This document shows positions 47,784 to 57,270 of a stretch of DNA of 64,000 nt, in pieces. The notes under the pieces were generated by a model that saw nothing but the letters and a program-made list of their open reading frames with translations, did no database searches and was not told where the DNA came from. The translations under genes were made by a program, and so were the position numbers. This stretch comes from Parcubacteria group bacterium (GTDB lineage: Bacteria > Patescibacteriota > Minisyncoccia > Moranbacterales > UBA11712). Positions within the stretch are counted from its first letter, which is position 1. Every line of letters begins with the position of its first letter. The DNA lies in NCBI GenBank assembly GCA_041659065.1, contig JBAZYY010000002.1:24091-88090 (forward strand). The letters are read 5' to 3'.

Positions 47784-47847
47784 ATTTCCTAAAAAAGTTT
47801 ATACTCAAAAAAATATTGTGCTGAAATTATACATCACAAAAGGAAAA

Positions 47848-47882
47848 GCTCATAAGCTCCAAGGAGCTTATGAGCAAAAAGA
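47848..47882 (-). terminator. Hairpin / terminator
   Basis: gctcataagctcc-aa-ggagcttatgagc flanked by A-runs. Confidence 0.6.
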
Positions 47883-47922
47883 ATAGAGCAAGAACCGCGG
47901 CCTGGCTGCATCCGGACTTTGC

Positions 47923-48126
47923 TTAACAGCTACCCTTCGGCGCAAGACATGAGGTAATTGAGAGATGGAGCGGGTTTGGATCGACCTGGAATACCATAAA
48001 ATTCTCATCATCTCTTACGACTATTATCTTTTTCTCTTCTTGTAATCTTCTCGCTGTTTTATCGAAGTTCGCGATATCTTCAGGTTTTGCGCCTTTAGTG
48101 GTTTCAATTCTAATCATCTCACTCAT
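47923..48126 (-). CDS. Small hypothetical protein
   Basis: 67-aa ORF with an A-rich leader and downstream hairpin. Confidence 0.45.
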   Translation of the reverse strand: MSEMIRIETTKGAKPEDIANFDKTARRLQEEKKIIVVRDDENFMVFQVDPNPLHLSITSCLAPKGSC

Positions 48127-48380
48127 CCTTTTTTCGATTTATTTATTTGTGGTTAATGTTTTAACCAAACTAAGATTATTTCCCCCTATAATCTTTCTTA
48201 TTATTACGAGAGGCAGCTTTGAATATTTTCAGAAATATATTTATTTTTATTAATGTTTTATATAAACCAACAGCATTTGCCGTCTTTTTCCATATAACGG
48301 ATATACATGCAAAAGTTTCATCGTGAAGATGAAACTTTATCATAAATATCCGATTTAATTGTCTTTCCAAAACTTTGAGC

Positions 48381-48794
48381 TTAAAACGGCTCCGGGTATA
48401 ATTTCCCCAGAGTTGTTTTTTGGAAATTTTCTTCTCCGGTCGGCCAAACATACATCGGCAGCTTCAAGTTTTTTCCGCCTAGCTGATACAGTGCGTTCAG
48501 GCACACTCCGCATGTGCCTCCGATTTTTTTGAGATCCCGAAAAGTTCCCTGATATGAAACGAGAATGGCTTCAATTTTTTTCTCCCCTTCCGAAAGAGCC
48601 TTGAGAAGCGCTACTCTTTCTGCGCAATAATCCATCGGACACCCATCGAAACTGCATCCACCGTATACTTTGCCGGATCCGCCCAGGATCGCCGCTCCAA
48701 AGGCTGATTTAGCGGGCTTAACATTAGAAAACTTCATTGCCTTTTCCGCCGTCTCGAACATTTCCCAAATTTTTTCCTTGGTAATATTTTTCAT
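48381..48794 (-). CDS. Divergent cytidine deaminase-like zinc enzyme
   Basis: CAERVAL and TCGVC motifs; C-terminal TLGKLYPEPF resembles homotetrameric CDA. Confidence 0.8.
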   Translation of the reverse strand: MKNITKEKIWEMFETAEKAMKFSNVKPAKSAFGAAILGGSGKVYGGCSFDGCPMDYCAERVALLKALSEGEKKIEAILVSYQGTFRDLKKIGGTCGVCLNALYQLGGKNLKLPMYVWPTGEENFQKTTLGKLYPEPF

Positions 48795-48803
48795 AAAATC
48801 ACT

Positions 48804-49283
48804 CTAAAACTGCGGCCTATTTCTAAAAAGCGACCCTGAGCCCTGCGGGCTTTTTTTTGATCCACCGCCCCCTGGCGAGCTTGCGCTAATACCTCTCGCA
48901 CCGTTTCTGTTGAGATCAGCTCTCCTGTCTTTTAGTCGATAAGCCGCTCTTGGACGAATTGCGCTTGGTTGCCCAGCGTTCGGTTCGTCCGAGGAAAATG
49001 ATCGACTGCTGACAAAATAGCCGGATTTCTTAGCCTCATCCATAATCTGCCTGACATCGCTGTTAGCAAAATATTTGTTTTCCCTCAACCCTCTTTGCAC
49101 CCGAGACATGGCCTCGCCCTCGTCTCCGCCTGATTTTTCAATAGCGCTTTGAAATATCTTCAAAAGCTCATTCTTCTTATTGCCCCTATCTACAATTTCC
49201 CCAACTTTTTCGTCACCAATAAACTTGCGGAAACCCGCACTTTTTTTGTGGCTAAAATCCCTTAAATAAATTTTTCGAGCCAT
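48804..49283 (-). CDS. Hypothetical protein with low-complexity tail
   Basis: 159-aa ORF downstream of the tRNA. Confidence 0.6.
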   Translation of the reverse strand: MARKIYLRDFSHKKSAGFRKFIGDEKVGEIVDRGNKKNELLKIFQSAIEKSGGDEGEAMSRVQRGLRENKYFANSDVRQIMDEAKKSGYFVSSRSFSSDEPNAGQPSAIRPRAAYRLKDRRADLNRNGARGISASSPGGGGSKKSPQGSGSLFRNRPQF

Positions 49284-49312
49284 ATTTTATTCGGTTAATT
49301 TTTTCCATTATT

Positions 49313-49383
49313 TCGGAGTGGGGAGAATCGAACTCCCGATACAAGACCCCCAGCCTTGCGTACTACCACTATACTACACTCCG
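49313..49383 (-). tRNA. tRNA-Pro(GGG), CCA not encoded
   Basis: CGGAGTG/CACTCCG acceptor stem; anticodon arm CAAGG-CTGGGGG-TCTTG; T arm GGGAG-TTCGATT-CTCCC. Confidence 0.93.
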
Positions 49384-49511
49384 ATCTTTTTCTTTAAATA
49401 ATTTTCTAGCTTGCCTTTCAAAGCCTCTCTTCTATAGCCACTTTTAAGAAATGTTTCCGCCACTAAAACATCTTTTTTCTCCCCACATGCTTCGAAAAAC
49501 ACCAGTTTGAA
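49374..49511 (-). pseudogene. C-terminal remnant of a small GIY-YIG nuclease
   Basis: Startless frame FKLVFFEACGEKKDVLVAETFLKSGYRREALKGKLENYLK resembles the GIY-YIG C-terminal pattern (L.YYEA...K.DA..RE.FLKSG.GR). Confidence 0.6.
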
Positions 49512-49796
49512 TTATTTTTGCGCGCTTTTCAGCGAATCTTCCAGTCTAACATTTTCTTTGGCAAGATCGTCATTCGCCCGCATTAAATCGTCCTGCGCAT
49601 CTTTCATTTTCTCCATTTCAGATTCCATGCTCTTTACCGCATCGGCAAGCCCGCCTAATTTTCTTCTTAAACCATCTAAATTGCCGCTTACGTTTTCTAT
49701 CTCCCTGCTCTTAAGCTCGTAGTTTATCGTATCCAGCTGTTTTTTAATACTTTCTGAATCTCTTGCCGCATCGTTAATTTGGTCGTAAAGCGCCAT
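49512..49796 (-). CDS. Coiled-coil hypothetical protein
   Basis: Heptad-patterned 94-aa ORF. Confidence 0.65.
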   Translation of the reverse strand: MALYDQINDAARDSESIKKQLDTINYELKSREIENVSGNLDGLRRKLGGLADAVKSMESEMEKMKDAQDDLMRANDDLAKENVRLEDSLKSAQK

Positions 49797-50024
49797 GTTT
49801 TTGTCTAAATTATTAATTTAAAACTAACAAAAATTTAGCACAAAAAATAAAAAAGGGGAAGTATCTTTTAAGATGTTGCCCCGATGATATTTTATCGACG
49901 AAATTTTTAAAAACAAACTAATGGCTTATCTCTAAAAATGGAATTGGGGAGCTCCTCGTAATTAAGTAAGCTCCCCTTTCGAATTTCGAGAACGCATCGA
50001 AAATAATCAACTATTTATCCCATT

Positions 50025-50198
50025 TCAGTTGTCTGCGAACAGCCCTCCATAAAACACGAAATCATGTATTCGCAGTTTTTTAATAGCCGCGGCTGACCCC
50101 TTTCTTTCTATCAGCTTTTTAACCCGCTTAATTCTCGCATAACCTGCTGGCCGCTTATTGCCTTTGCCATCCTCCCCAGAAACTTTTCCCTCGACCAT
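50025..50198 (-). CDS. 57-aa basic small protein (MVEGKVSGEDGKGNKRPAGYARIKRVKKLIERKG...)
   Basis: Manual translation; AAGGAGGT SD 7 nt upstream of the ATG. Confidence 0.55.
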   Translation of the reverse strand: MVEGKVSGEDGKGNKRPAGYARIKRVKKLIERKGSAAAIKKLRIHDFVFYGGLFADN

Positions 50199-50511
50199 AA
50201 GCCCTACCTCCTTGAGGTTAATACCATCCGCTGATGGTAAAAAATATCCACCGGGGGTTTCCCGCTGGGTTTAGTATTTTATCTTCTGATTTGGGTTGAT
50301 TTTTTCTAAAACACTTTACTCAGCGAAAAACCGAAGTTTTGAATAAACTTCTTCTTGAGAATTACCGTATAAATATTTTTCGCTGAATTTCGATTCATGT
50401 TAATTTAACTTTATCTCATCTTCGAAAATACGTCAAATAAATTTCGCTCTTTCTTTGAAAAAAAGAGCCGGGTTTTTCGCCCGGCGGAGTGTTTTACGTG
50501 CTATAAGAAAT

Positions 50512-50622
50512 TTAGTTTGTAATCTTATGAAATACTCTGCTCAGTGAAAAACCAGTACTCACTAGCAGTAGCATGAGAACCAACATTGTCTGGGTCATAA
50601 TATTCGCCAAGTAGATTTTCAT
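50512..50622 (-). CDS. 36-aa hydrophobic peptide (MKIYLANIMTQTMLVLMLLLVSTGFSLSRVFHKITN)
   Basis: Manual translation; followed by hairpin gccgggcgaaaaacccggc and a U-run. Confidence 0.35.
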   Translation of the reverse strand: MKIYLANIMTQTMLVLMLLLVSTGFSLSRVFHKITN

Positions 50623-50738
50623 AACAACCTTTATTTTATTAAAATGGCTTACTGCAGTCAAGCCGCTTATCCACAATTATCTATTGCTTTTTTGTCTTTT
50701 CTATTACCTCGTTATAATCAATATTTATCAGAAATTTA

Positions 50739-51728
50739 CTACCATACTTTGTAGGATGGAAGTATTCGCATTTCTTCACTCGTAAAACGATCTTCATTAT
50801 AAAATACTGAGGCAGCAGCCCCTAGAAGCGGAGCGTCCTCTCCCAATATAGAAACTTTAATCTTGGGCTGACGCAAAAATTTGTCAACATTTTTTAGCGC
50901 TGGCTTCAATATTAATTGTTTATTATTCAAAACGACTGATCCACCTAAAACAATTAATTCCGGGTCATAAGCTGCGATAACGTTTGAAATTCCCCTGCCG
51001 TTGATTTTACCCAGATCTTCAATAAACCAAAGGCAGATTTTATCGCCTGATTTTGCCTCTTCAAAAATATCTTTTGCCGAATTTAGCTTTCGGAAATCCA
51101 AATTTTTTCCTTTTGTCCAAGCTTTAAAAAATTTTGGAATATTTCTTCCAGAAGCATATGCTTCCCAATGACCTCGTCCCTTTTTGCATGTGCAGGTTAG
51201 GTTATATTGAGTATCGACAGTTATATGCCCAACTTCTGCTGCATTACCATCTTTCCCTAAAAGCAATCTGCCATCCATAAAAACTCCTCCACCGACACCT
51301 GTAGACATAGTGATGTAAACTACATTGGAAATTTTTTTCCCCTCTCCAAAAAATTTTTCCGCCAGCACTCCCACGTTGCAATCATTATATAAAACCACCG
51401 GGAAAGAAAAAACTTTCTTGAGCGGATCGACAATCGGGATACAATTAAAATATAGATTCGGCGGGTTAATACTACCGCCTCTTTTAAAATCAATTGGTCC
51501 CGCTATACTTACCCCTAATCCCAGTATATTGGCTTTTGATTGATCCTTAAGTAGAAGATTAGTCTCTCTGGTAATCTGCTTGGAAATTGCAAAATTATTT
51601 CCTTGGCGGACAGTTTTAGTTAATATTTTTTTTATAATCCTACCTTTATCATCCACGATAGCAGTTCGAAAATTTGTCGCGCCAATATCCACCGCGATTG
51701 CAAGATTTTTTTGGTTTCTTTTTTTCAT
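50739..51728 (-). CDS. ROK family sugar kinase (glucokinase-like)
   Basis: AVDIGATN, NDCN...LAE, STGVGGG, EVGH, CTC...GHWE. Confidence 0.9.
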   Translation of the reverse strand: MKKRNQKNLAIAVDIGATNFRTAIVDDKGRIIKKILTKTVRQGNNFAISKQITRETNLLLKDQSKANILGLGVSIAGPIDFKRGGSINPPNLYFNCIPIVDPLKKVFSFPVVLYNDCNVGVLAEKFFGEGKKISNVVYITMSTGVGGGVFMDGRLLLGKDGNAAEVGHITVDTQYNLTCTCKKGRGHWEAYASGRNIPKFFKAWTKGKNLDFRKLNSAKDIFEEAKSGDKICLWFIEDLGKINGRGISNVIAAYDPELIVLGGSVVLNNKQLILKPALKNVDKFLRQPKIKVSILGEDAPLLGAAASVFYNEDRFTSEEMRILPSYKVW

Positions 51729-51854
51729 AAATAATTCAGGCTCTTATAACTAATATTTTAGCACAAAAAAGAAAAACTTTGGTTTGATGATTATGCGTTT
51801 TACTTCGCCATTTTAACAGCTTGAAATTTTACGTCAAACAGCTATCATAAATGC

Positions 51855-52961
51855 ATGCTCAGACTAATTTACGCAAACACATTGGACAGCGATGCTCATT
51901 ACGCGGTCAAAACCGCTAATATTTCTTCTTTTTTTTATCTCGAGAAAAATAAACAAAAGTTGGCATTTCTGGACAGAAGAGAATTCGGCTTGATTCCAAA
52001 GGGAACCGGCGTGAAATCCATATTGGTGGAAAAATTTCTGGCATCAGCAAAAAAATTAAAGTTTCAAACGAGCGGCCGCAATAAACTCGCTTATGTGATT
52101 TTCAAAGAATACAGGCTCTTTGGAAAAAAAGTAGAGGTACCAGCTCACTTTCCGCTGGATATGGCGGATTTTTTGAGAAAAAACGGCGCGAAGTTAGTGC
52201 CAACCTATCCATTTTTCCCCGAAAGAGCCATTAAGTCCAAGCCAGAAATTGGATTCATCAAGGAAAGCCTGAAGCACACTCGAGGCGCTTTCGGAATTAT
52301 CGAAAAGATTCTCGCAAATTCCAAAATTAAGGGAAGTAGAATTTATTATGAGAATAAAATGCTCACTAGCGAATATCTAAAACAGGAAGCGGAAAAGGCG
52401 CTTATTGAAAAAGGAATGTTTGATCTTCTTGGCATGATTATTTCAACCGGAGAGCAGACTACCACTCCCCACCATGACGGCACTGGCCCGATTTTACCCC
52501 ATCGCCCGATCGTCTGTGATATTTTCCCGCGCCACCGAAAATCCGGGTACTATGCCGACATGACCCGAACCTATGTCAAAGGCAAACCCGACTCAAAACT
52601 TGAAAAAATGCACGTCGCGGTTTTTAAAGCCCAACGAGCGGCCACTAGTAAAATCCGCGCAGGAATTTCAGCCGCTGAAGTTTATCAAGCTGCGGCTGAT
52701 TCAATATTAAGATCTGGCTTCGATGTTGGCGAAACAGGCTTTTTACATGGGCTGGGGCACGGAGTCGGCCTTGATATCCACGAAGCGCCCAGTCTAAAAG
52801 CAACTTCCAAAGATATTTTAGAAGCTGGAAATATTATTACGGTTGAGCCAGGGTTATATTATCCCGAAATTGGGGGTATACGTATCGAAGATATGGTTTT
52901 AGTGACAAAAAAGAGCTGCCAAAACCTTACAAATTATCCAAAAAAGCTAGTCATCCCTTAA
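51855..52961 (+). CDS. Xaa-Pro aminopeptidase (M24B)
   Basis: PH, CDIFP...YYADMTRT, HGLGHGVGLDIHE, TVEPGLY, GIRIED. Confidence 0.92.
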   Translation: MLRLIYANTLDSDAHYAVKTANISSFFYLEKNKQKLAFLDRREFGLIPKGTGVKSILVEKFLASAKKLKFQTSGRNKLAYVIFKEYRLFGKKVEVPAHFPLDMADFLRKNGAKLVPTYPFFPERAIKSKPEIGFIKESLKHTRGAFGIIEKILANSKIKGSRIYYENKMLTSEYLKQEAEKALIEKGMFDLLGMIISTGEQTTTPHHDGTGPILPHRPIVCDIFPRHRKSGYYADMTRTYVKGKPDSKLEKMHVAVFKAQRAATSKIRAGISAAEVYQAAADSILRSGFDVGETGFLHGLGHGVGLDIHEAPSLKATSKDILEAGNIITVEPGLYYPEIGGIRIEDMVLVTKKSCQNLTNYPKKLVIP

Positions 52962-52984
52962 ACTTGGAACCCTGGGTTCCAAGT
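52962..52984. repeat. 23-nt palindrome ACTTGGAACC-CTG-GGTTCCAAGT
   Basis: 10-3-10 geometry between convergent genes. Confidence 0.7.
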
Positions 52985-52992
52985 CAATAACT

Positions 52993-53667
52993 TTATGTCT
53001 TCTGGTCTTTTCTTGCAACCAGCATAATCATTTCATAATTTTCGTCTTCCTTATCGTCATATTTTAAAGGAAATTCTTTTTGCTCTATTGTAAATTCATT
53101 TGCTTCTAAAAGCTTGCAAAGCTTTTTGTTATTTTCAACTCCCTTTTTAGAAAGTAAACTTCTAGTAGATTCAAATGTTCTTCCTGGCTCATTTAAAATT
53201 ATGAATCTTCCGCCTGGTTTTAAGAACCTCGCAAATGCGCCCAACACTTCCTTGCAATCAACGTAATTTAATATTTCCGAAAATATCATAGTATCCACCC
53301 GTTCTCTATCCTTCTCGACACGCGGATCTATATTTAAGAAACTGCATATTTTCATAACTGCTTTTTTGAATCTAAAAGAAGATTCTTCTTTAGCTTTTTC
53401 AATATCAGCTCTTATATGTTGACGCCACTCGTTTCTCGTTTCATTACCAAATAAATCAATAGTTATAATTTTTTTATCTTTTTGTAAATATTCCGCCATT
53501 GGAAAGCTGCCGCTTCCAACATCTATGACGATTTCTCCTATTTTTCCCTCCTGTTCAAGCCCACGCAGAAAAGGAATAAAATGCTGCTTTCGTAATTTTT
53601 CCTGATATCCAACTCCCCAAGCTTTTTGCCAAAATTTTATTTTTTCACCTTTTTCCATAAAAGACAT
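52993..53667 (-). CDS. Class I SAM-dependent methyltransferase
   Basis: VIDVGSG, IITID, RADIE, LKPGGRFI. Confidence 0.82.
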   Translation of the reverse strand: MSFMEKGEKIKFWQKAWGVGYQEKLRKQHFIPFLRGLEQEGKIGEIVIDVGSGSFPMAEYLQKDKKIITIDLFGNETRNEWRQHIRADIEKAKEESSFRFKKAVMKICSFLNIDPRVEKDRERVDTMIFSEILNYVDCKEVLGAFARFLKPGGRFIILNEPGRTFESTRSLLSKKGVENNKKLCKLLEANEFTIEQKEFPLKYDDKEDENYEMIMLVARKDQKT

Positions 53668-53712
53668 AATTTTGTGAATACCCTACTCTCAGTTAATTAT
53701 AAAATATTTATA

Positions 53713-54246
53713 CTATATTTGGGCGGTTTTTTGTTGGCTGAATTTTTGCACTAAAAATGGAAAGGACTCATAGATGCCAAAGAAAATTCCAGTATAAGCC
53801 AGATCTCCGATAAAACTGTTTCGAAAAAAAGGAAGAGCCAAAGTAAAACAGGATAGCAATCCTGGTAAGGTATGCGGGTACCAATTAAAAAAAGTCCAGA
53901 CCGCAAAATTCGTAATAACAAAAAAAATTACGGAAGACAGGATTGAAGCCAGCGCTATATTAAGCCACCGCTTTCGTTTCTTTAGCCGCCAACCGATGCC
54001 AAACGCAAGTGCGATGCTCAAATAGACCGAGACCATGACTTGCCAGTTGTAAAAGCCGATAAAATAATCACTCACAAGCATCGCCCCTAGCGGTAAAACT
54101 AGTCCCCAGCGTTTCCTGAGATAGCATCCCGAAAAAATACTCATTGCAACAACTGGGGTGAAATTGAAAGGATGCTTAACGAGCCTTGAAGCAGCGGCAA
54201 GCAAAATTATCGCCCCCGCGAAAATGATTTTACCTTTTTTTGACAT
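53713..54246 (-). CDS. Putative ECF-type substrate-binding membrane protein (DUF6580-like)
   Basis: RL..HPFNFTP..A..F.G, SD..IGFY, FF.ITNF.VW, YPHT..GL..C...ALPFF. Confidence 0.8.
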   Translation of the reverse strand: MSKKGKIIFAGAIILLAAASRLVKHPFNFTPVVAMSIFSGCYLRKRWGLVLPLGAMLVSDYFIGFYNWQVMVSVYLSIALAFGIGWRLKKRKRWLNIALASILSSVIFFVITNFAVWTFFNWYPHTLPGLLSCFTLALPFFRNSFIGDLAYTGIFFGIYESFPFLVQKFSQQKTAQI

Positions 54247-54256
54247 ATGCTTATTT

Positions 54257-55681
54257 TTATTTCGGGAGTTTTAAGGGTTCGTCCTGGATATAATCCAAAT
54301 CCAGTTTTATCGCCGTTTCCGCTTTCTGCAGCTCTGCGCCCAGATCGAGCGCGTGAGCAATAAGTGAAATTCCCAAATTCTGATCGATTTTTTTGGCGAT
54401 CTCAATAGACGCTTTTCTCGCCAGACCATCTTGCTTTATCGTTTCAAGAAGCGACCCCTCCGGACTGAAATGGGAAACGATAATCTCCTTATTTTTTCTA
54501 TTGATTTCGATTTTAAAATATCCTCGCGGATCTTCTTCGAATTGGTATCCCTTATCTTGAGCCGCGGTAATTTTCTGTGCTTCATCCCAATTGAAGTCGT
54601 AAACATGCGCGCTCGCCGAAATTATCGTAAGCGGCCCCATCAACAGTTTCGTTTCGTCGCAGATATTTTTTTGCAGCCTTCTGAGGCCGAAAGCGTTAAG
54701 CGGCCAACCACCAAAAAGGTCATGGGATCTCACATACGCGTTCAAGTGAAGCTTTTCCTGATTATAAAGCGCTTGGATTAGCACAATACAGGGCCGATGC
54801 TCCGCGTCATGATCAATCGTGGGATCAAACAACGTTCCCACGGCTTCGCGGGTATTCCTGTCTTTTTTGAGTTTGGCAATGATTTTTTTGAGTTGGTTCA
54901 CCTTAAAATGAGCCTGAAGCCGGTTGCCATACGTATAGTGCAGTCCTGGATTTTTTTCTTTACCGACTATTTGCGGCAGATATTCTTCAATTTTTTCCCG
55001 ACTAAACCCCAGCCAGTCCGGCACAAAAAAATTTTCGGGATCCTCATCAGTGACTACCGCCGCGAGGTTCGCAATTTCCTTTATCTTCATCGCGTCAGTT
55101 TCTTTGACATCGCCGAACCGCAAAACAGTTTTTAGCAGTTTAAGCCAAGTATCCGCAATGGTTTTTCCCCGCACCTTGAAAACCGAGCTATCGGTGGGGA
55201 AATGGCATTCAAGCCCCCCGGAACCCATTGCTTCCGGCTCCGGAAAATTTTCCGCCTCTCCATATGATCCCAGGCTCAAATCAAGCTTCCCGATTTCCAC
55301 TTCTATTTTTTTGCCATCTTCTTCGCCAACCAGATTGATTAGCTTTACGTTTTCAATCAAGTTTCCGACAGATTCAGTCTTAATTTCTTTTTGAAGACTT
55401 GCGCTTTTTCCCGTTTTCCACAATTTCATGAGTTCCGCTCCGGACCCCGAACGGTCCTGTCCACAAACGACAATGTAACGAATATTCTTATTCGCCAGAA
55501 GGTTTCGCACGAGATAGTTTATCCCATTTTTCGTATAGAGCTGGCCCGCTACCGAATATCCTTTCTTATCAATATTTTTCGTGATCTGGTCGCAAATCGT
55601 CCATAGCGTAACGATCCCCACCGGCGCTTTGGGATCTCCAAGTTTTAGCAAGTCTTTATAATAAGTGAGATTTTTAGACAT
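54257..55681 (-). CDS. Fusion: MtrA-like domain, thymidylate-synthase-like domain, DUF4346-like C-terminus
   Basis: GINYLVRNLLANKNIRYIVVCG (MtrA-like); YTYGNRL, HRPC, RSHDLFGGWPLN (TS); DPRGYF...HALDLGAELQKAE...YIQD. Confidence 0.8.
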   Translation of the reverse strand: MSKNLTYYKDLLKLGDPKAPVGIVTLWTICDQITKNIDKKGYSVAGQLYTKNGINYLVRNLLANKNIRYIVVCGQDRSGSGAELMKLWKTGKSASLQKEIKTESVGNLIENVKLINLVGEEDGKKIEVEIGKLDLSLGSYGEAENFPEPEAMGSGGLECHFPTDSSVFKVRGKTIADTWLKLLKTVLRFGDVKETDAMKIKEIANLAAVVTDEDPENFFVPDWLGFSREKIEEYLPQIVGKEKNPGLHYTYGNRLQAHFKVNQLKKIIAKLKKDRNTREAVGTLFDPTIDHDAEHRPCIVLIQALYNQEKLHLNAYVRSHDLFGGWPLNAFGLRRLQKNICDETKLLMGPLTIISASAHVYDFNWDEAQKITAAQDKGYQFEEDPRGYFKIEINRKNKEIIVSHFSPEGSLLETIKQDGLARKASIEIAKKIDQNLGISLIAHALDLGAELQKAETAIKLDLDYIQDEPLKLPK

Positions 55682-55685
55682 CGCT

Positions 55686-56186
55686 TTAGTATAACACTTT
55701 ATACTTTAGCATTACCGAGTCATCGTTAATTTTTTCGACATTCAAAAGTTTTAGATTTACGTCAAAATCTCCGCCGAGGATTCCCAGCCCATCCCCGAAA
55801 ATTTTCGGTTCGATCGTAAGATAGATTTCATCCACTAGTTTATTTTTCAAAAATTGGGTGTTGAGAAATGATCCCCCGCCTAAAATCGCCGACTTATAGC
55901 CCATTCCTTCCAGTTCTTCCAAGACTTTTTGCGGTTCACCCGAAACCCATTTCACGTTTTCAATTTCAGGCGGATTTTTTTCAAGCGTAAAAACAACATT
56001 GAGCCGGTCAGGTAATGGCTTTGGGAATGTGAAAAAGGTCTTGTCGCCCATTATCACAACCCCATGCTCTTTTGAGATTTTCGCGAACATTTTTTTGTCT
56101 TCTTTTGACGTCCAATCCGGAAAATGATCGCTGGATTTCGCGATCTTGCCATCAGCCGTCACCGCCATCATGAGAATTATTTTCAT
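55686..56186 (-). CDS. folA: Dihydrofolate reductase
   Basis: MAVTADGKI, VIMGDKTF, PLPDRLNVV, ILGG; adjacent to thyA. Confidence 0.88.
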   Translation of the reverse strand: MKIILMMAVTADGKIAKSSDHFPDWTSKEDKKMFAKISKEHGVVIMGDKTFFTFPKPLPDRLNVVFTLEKNPPEIENVKWVSGEPQKVLEELEGMGYKSAILGGGSFLNTQFLKNKLVDEIYLTIEPKIFGDGLGILGGDFDVNLKLLNVEKINDDSVMLKYKVLY

Positions 56187-56194
56187 AATCTTTC

Positions 56195-56260
56195 AAAAAA
56201 AATAAATTCGCGAAGCGACACCCCCACTTTTCACTTTAAACTTTACACTTTTAACTTTTA
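56195..56260. repeat. Half copy of the GCGAAGCG-core element (thyA-folA spacer)
   Basis: ttcgcgaagcgacacc followed by ttttcac tttaaac tttacac ttttaac. Confidence 0.85.
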
Positions 56261-57262
56261 CGAGCCTCCCACATTCACGATTTCCGCTTTGATTGCCGGG
56301 TGTGGATCATAGCCTTCCAGAGAAAAATCTTCATAAACGAAGTCATCGATATCCTTTTTATCTGGATTTAATTTCAATGTCGGAAATGGTTTTGGCTCTC
56401 GCGATAGCTGTTCCTTTACTTGTTCAAAATGATTCGAGTAAACATGCACGTCTCCGAAAAAGTGAACAAATTCGCCGGCGGGGATCCCCACAACTTGCGA
56501 GACCATTTGAAGAAGCAGCGCGTAGCTCGCGATATTAAACGGCACGCCAAGAAACAAATCGGCGCTCCTCTGGTACATGCCAAGATTCAGCTTATCGTTA
56601 ACAACCGCGAATTGAAAAGTCGTATGGCAAAACGGCGGCACTTCGTTTCGGTTTTCGGGTGATGCCATGGCGTAAATGAAATCCGGATTCCAAGCTGAAA
56701 CAACATATGATTTTCGATAAGGCTTGTCTTTGAGTCCGTTTATGCAATACCCCAGCTGATCAATGAGATGCCCGTCGCTTCCCGGCCATTTACGCCACAT
56801 CCGGCCGTAAATCGTCACGAGATCCCCCCATTTTTTCACAAATTCACTATCCGCCGATTCGGATTTTAGTTTGGCGATAAAATCTTTTTGTTCCAGATCT
56901 TTCTCCGGATAATTCTCAAGACAATATTTGTGATATTTTTTCCAAGCCCACTCATCCCAAATATGGACATCCCGGTCAACTAAATATTTAATGTTTGAGT
57001 CCCCAGTCAAAAACCAAAGAAGTTCTTCGAATATTCCCCGATAAAAAACTTTCTTCGTCGTAAGCAGCGGAAAGCCCTGCGCAAGATCAAAACGAATAAC
57101 CCGTCCAAAAACGGATCGGATAAAAGGCAGCTCCTCACCTTTTTTCCTGTATTGCGCCTGAACCTCCGGCGTCAGAAAAAGCGGCTTGTCCGCGCCGTTA
57201 TCAAGAATATCTTGGATTAAATTTAGATATTGATATTCGGGATGTTTTTGATTTTTTTCCAT
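56258..57262 (-). CDS. thyA: Thymidylate synthase (canonical ThyA)
   Basis: FPLLTTKKV, ELLWFL, IWDEW, PFCH, YQRSADLFLGVPFNIASY, HVYSNH. Confidence 0.95.
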   Translation of the reverse strand: MEKNQKHPEYQYLNLIQDILDNGADKPLFLTPEVQAQYRKKGEELPFIRSVFGRVIRFDLAQGFPLLTTKKVFYRGIFEELLWFLTGDSNIKYLVDRDVHIWDEWAWKKYHKYCLENYPEKDLEQKDFIAKLKSESADSEFVKKWGDLVTIYGRMWRKWPGSDGHLIDQLGYCINGLKDKPYRKSYVVSAWNPDFIYAMASPENRNEVPPFCHTTFQFAVVNDKLNLGMYQRSADLFLGVPFNIASYALLLQMVSQVVGIPAGEFVHFFGDVHVYSNHFEQVKEQLSREPKPFPTLKLNPDKKDIDDFVYEDFSLEGYDPHPAIKAEIVNVGGS

Positions 57263-57270
57263 TATTCTTT

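Noticed and set aside
54257-55681. Methanogenesis marker (mtrA)
   Set aside because: Only a fused MtrA-like domain lacking the canonical His; no other mtr genes; bacterial context.
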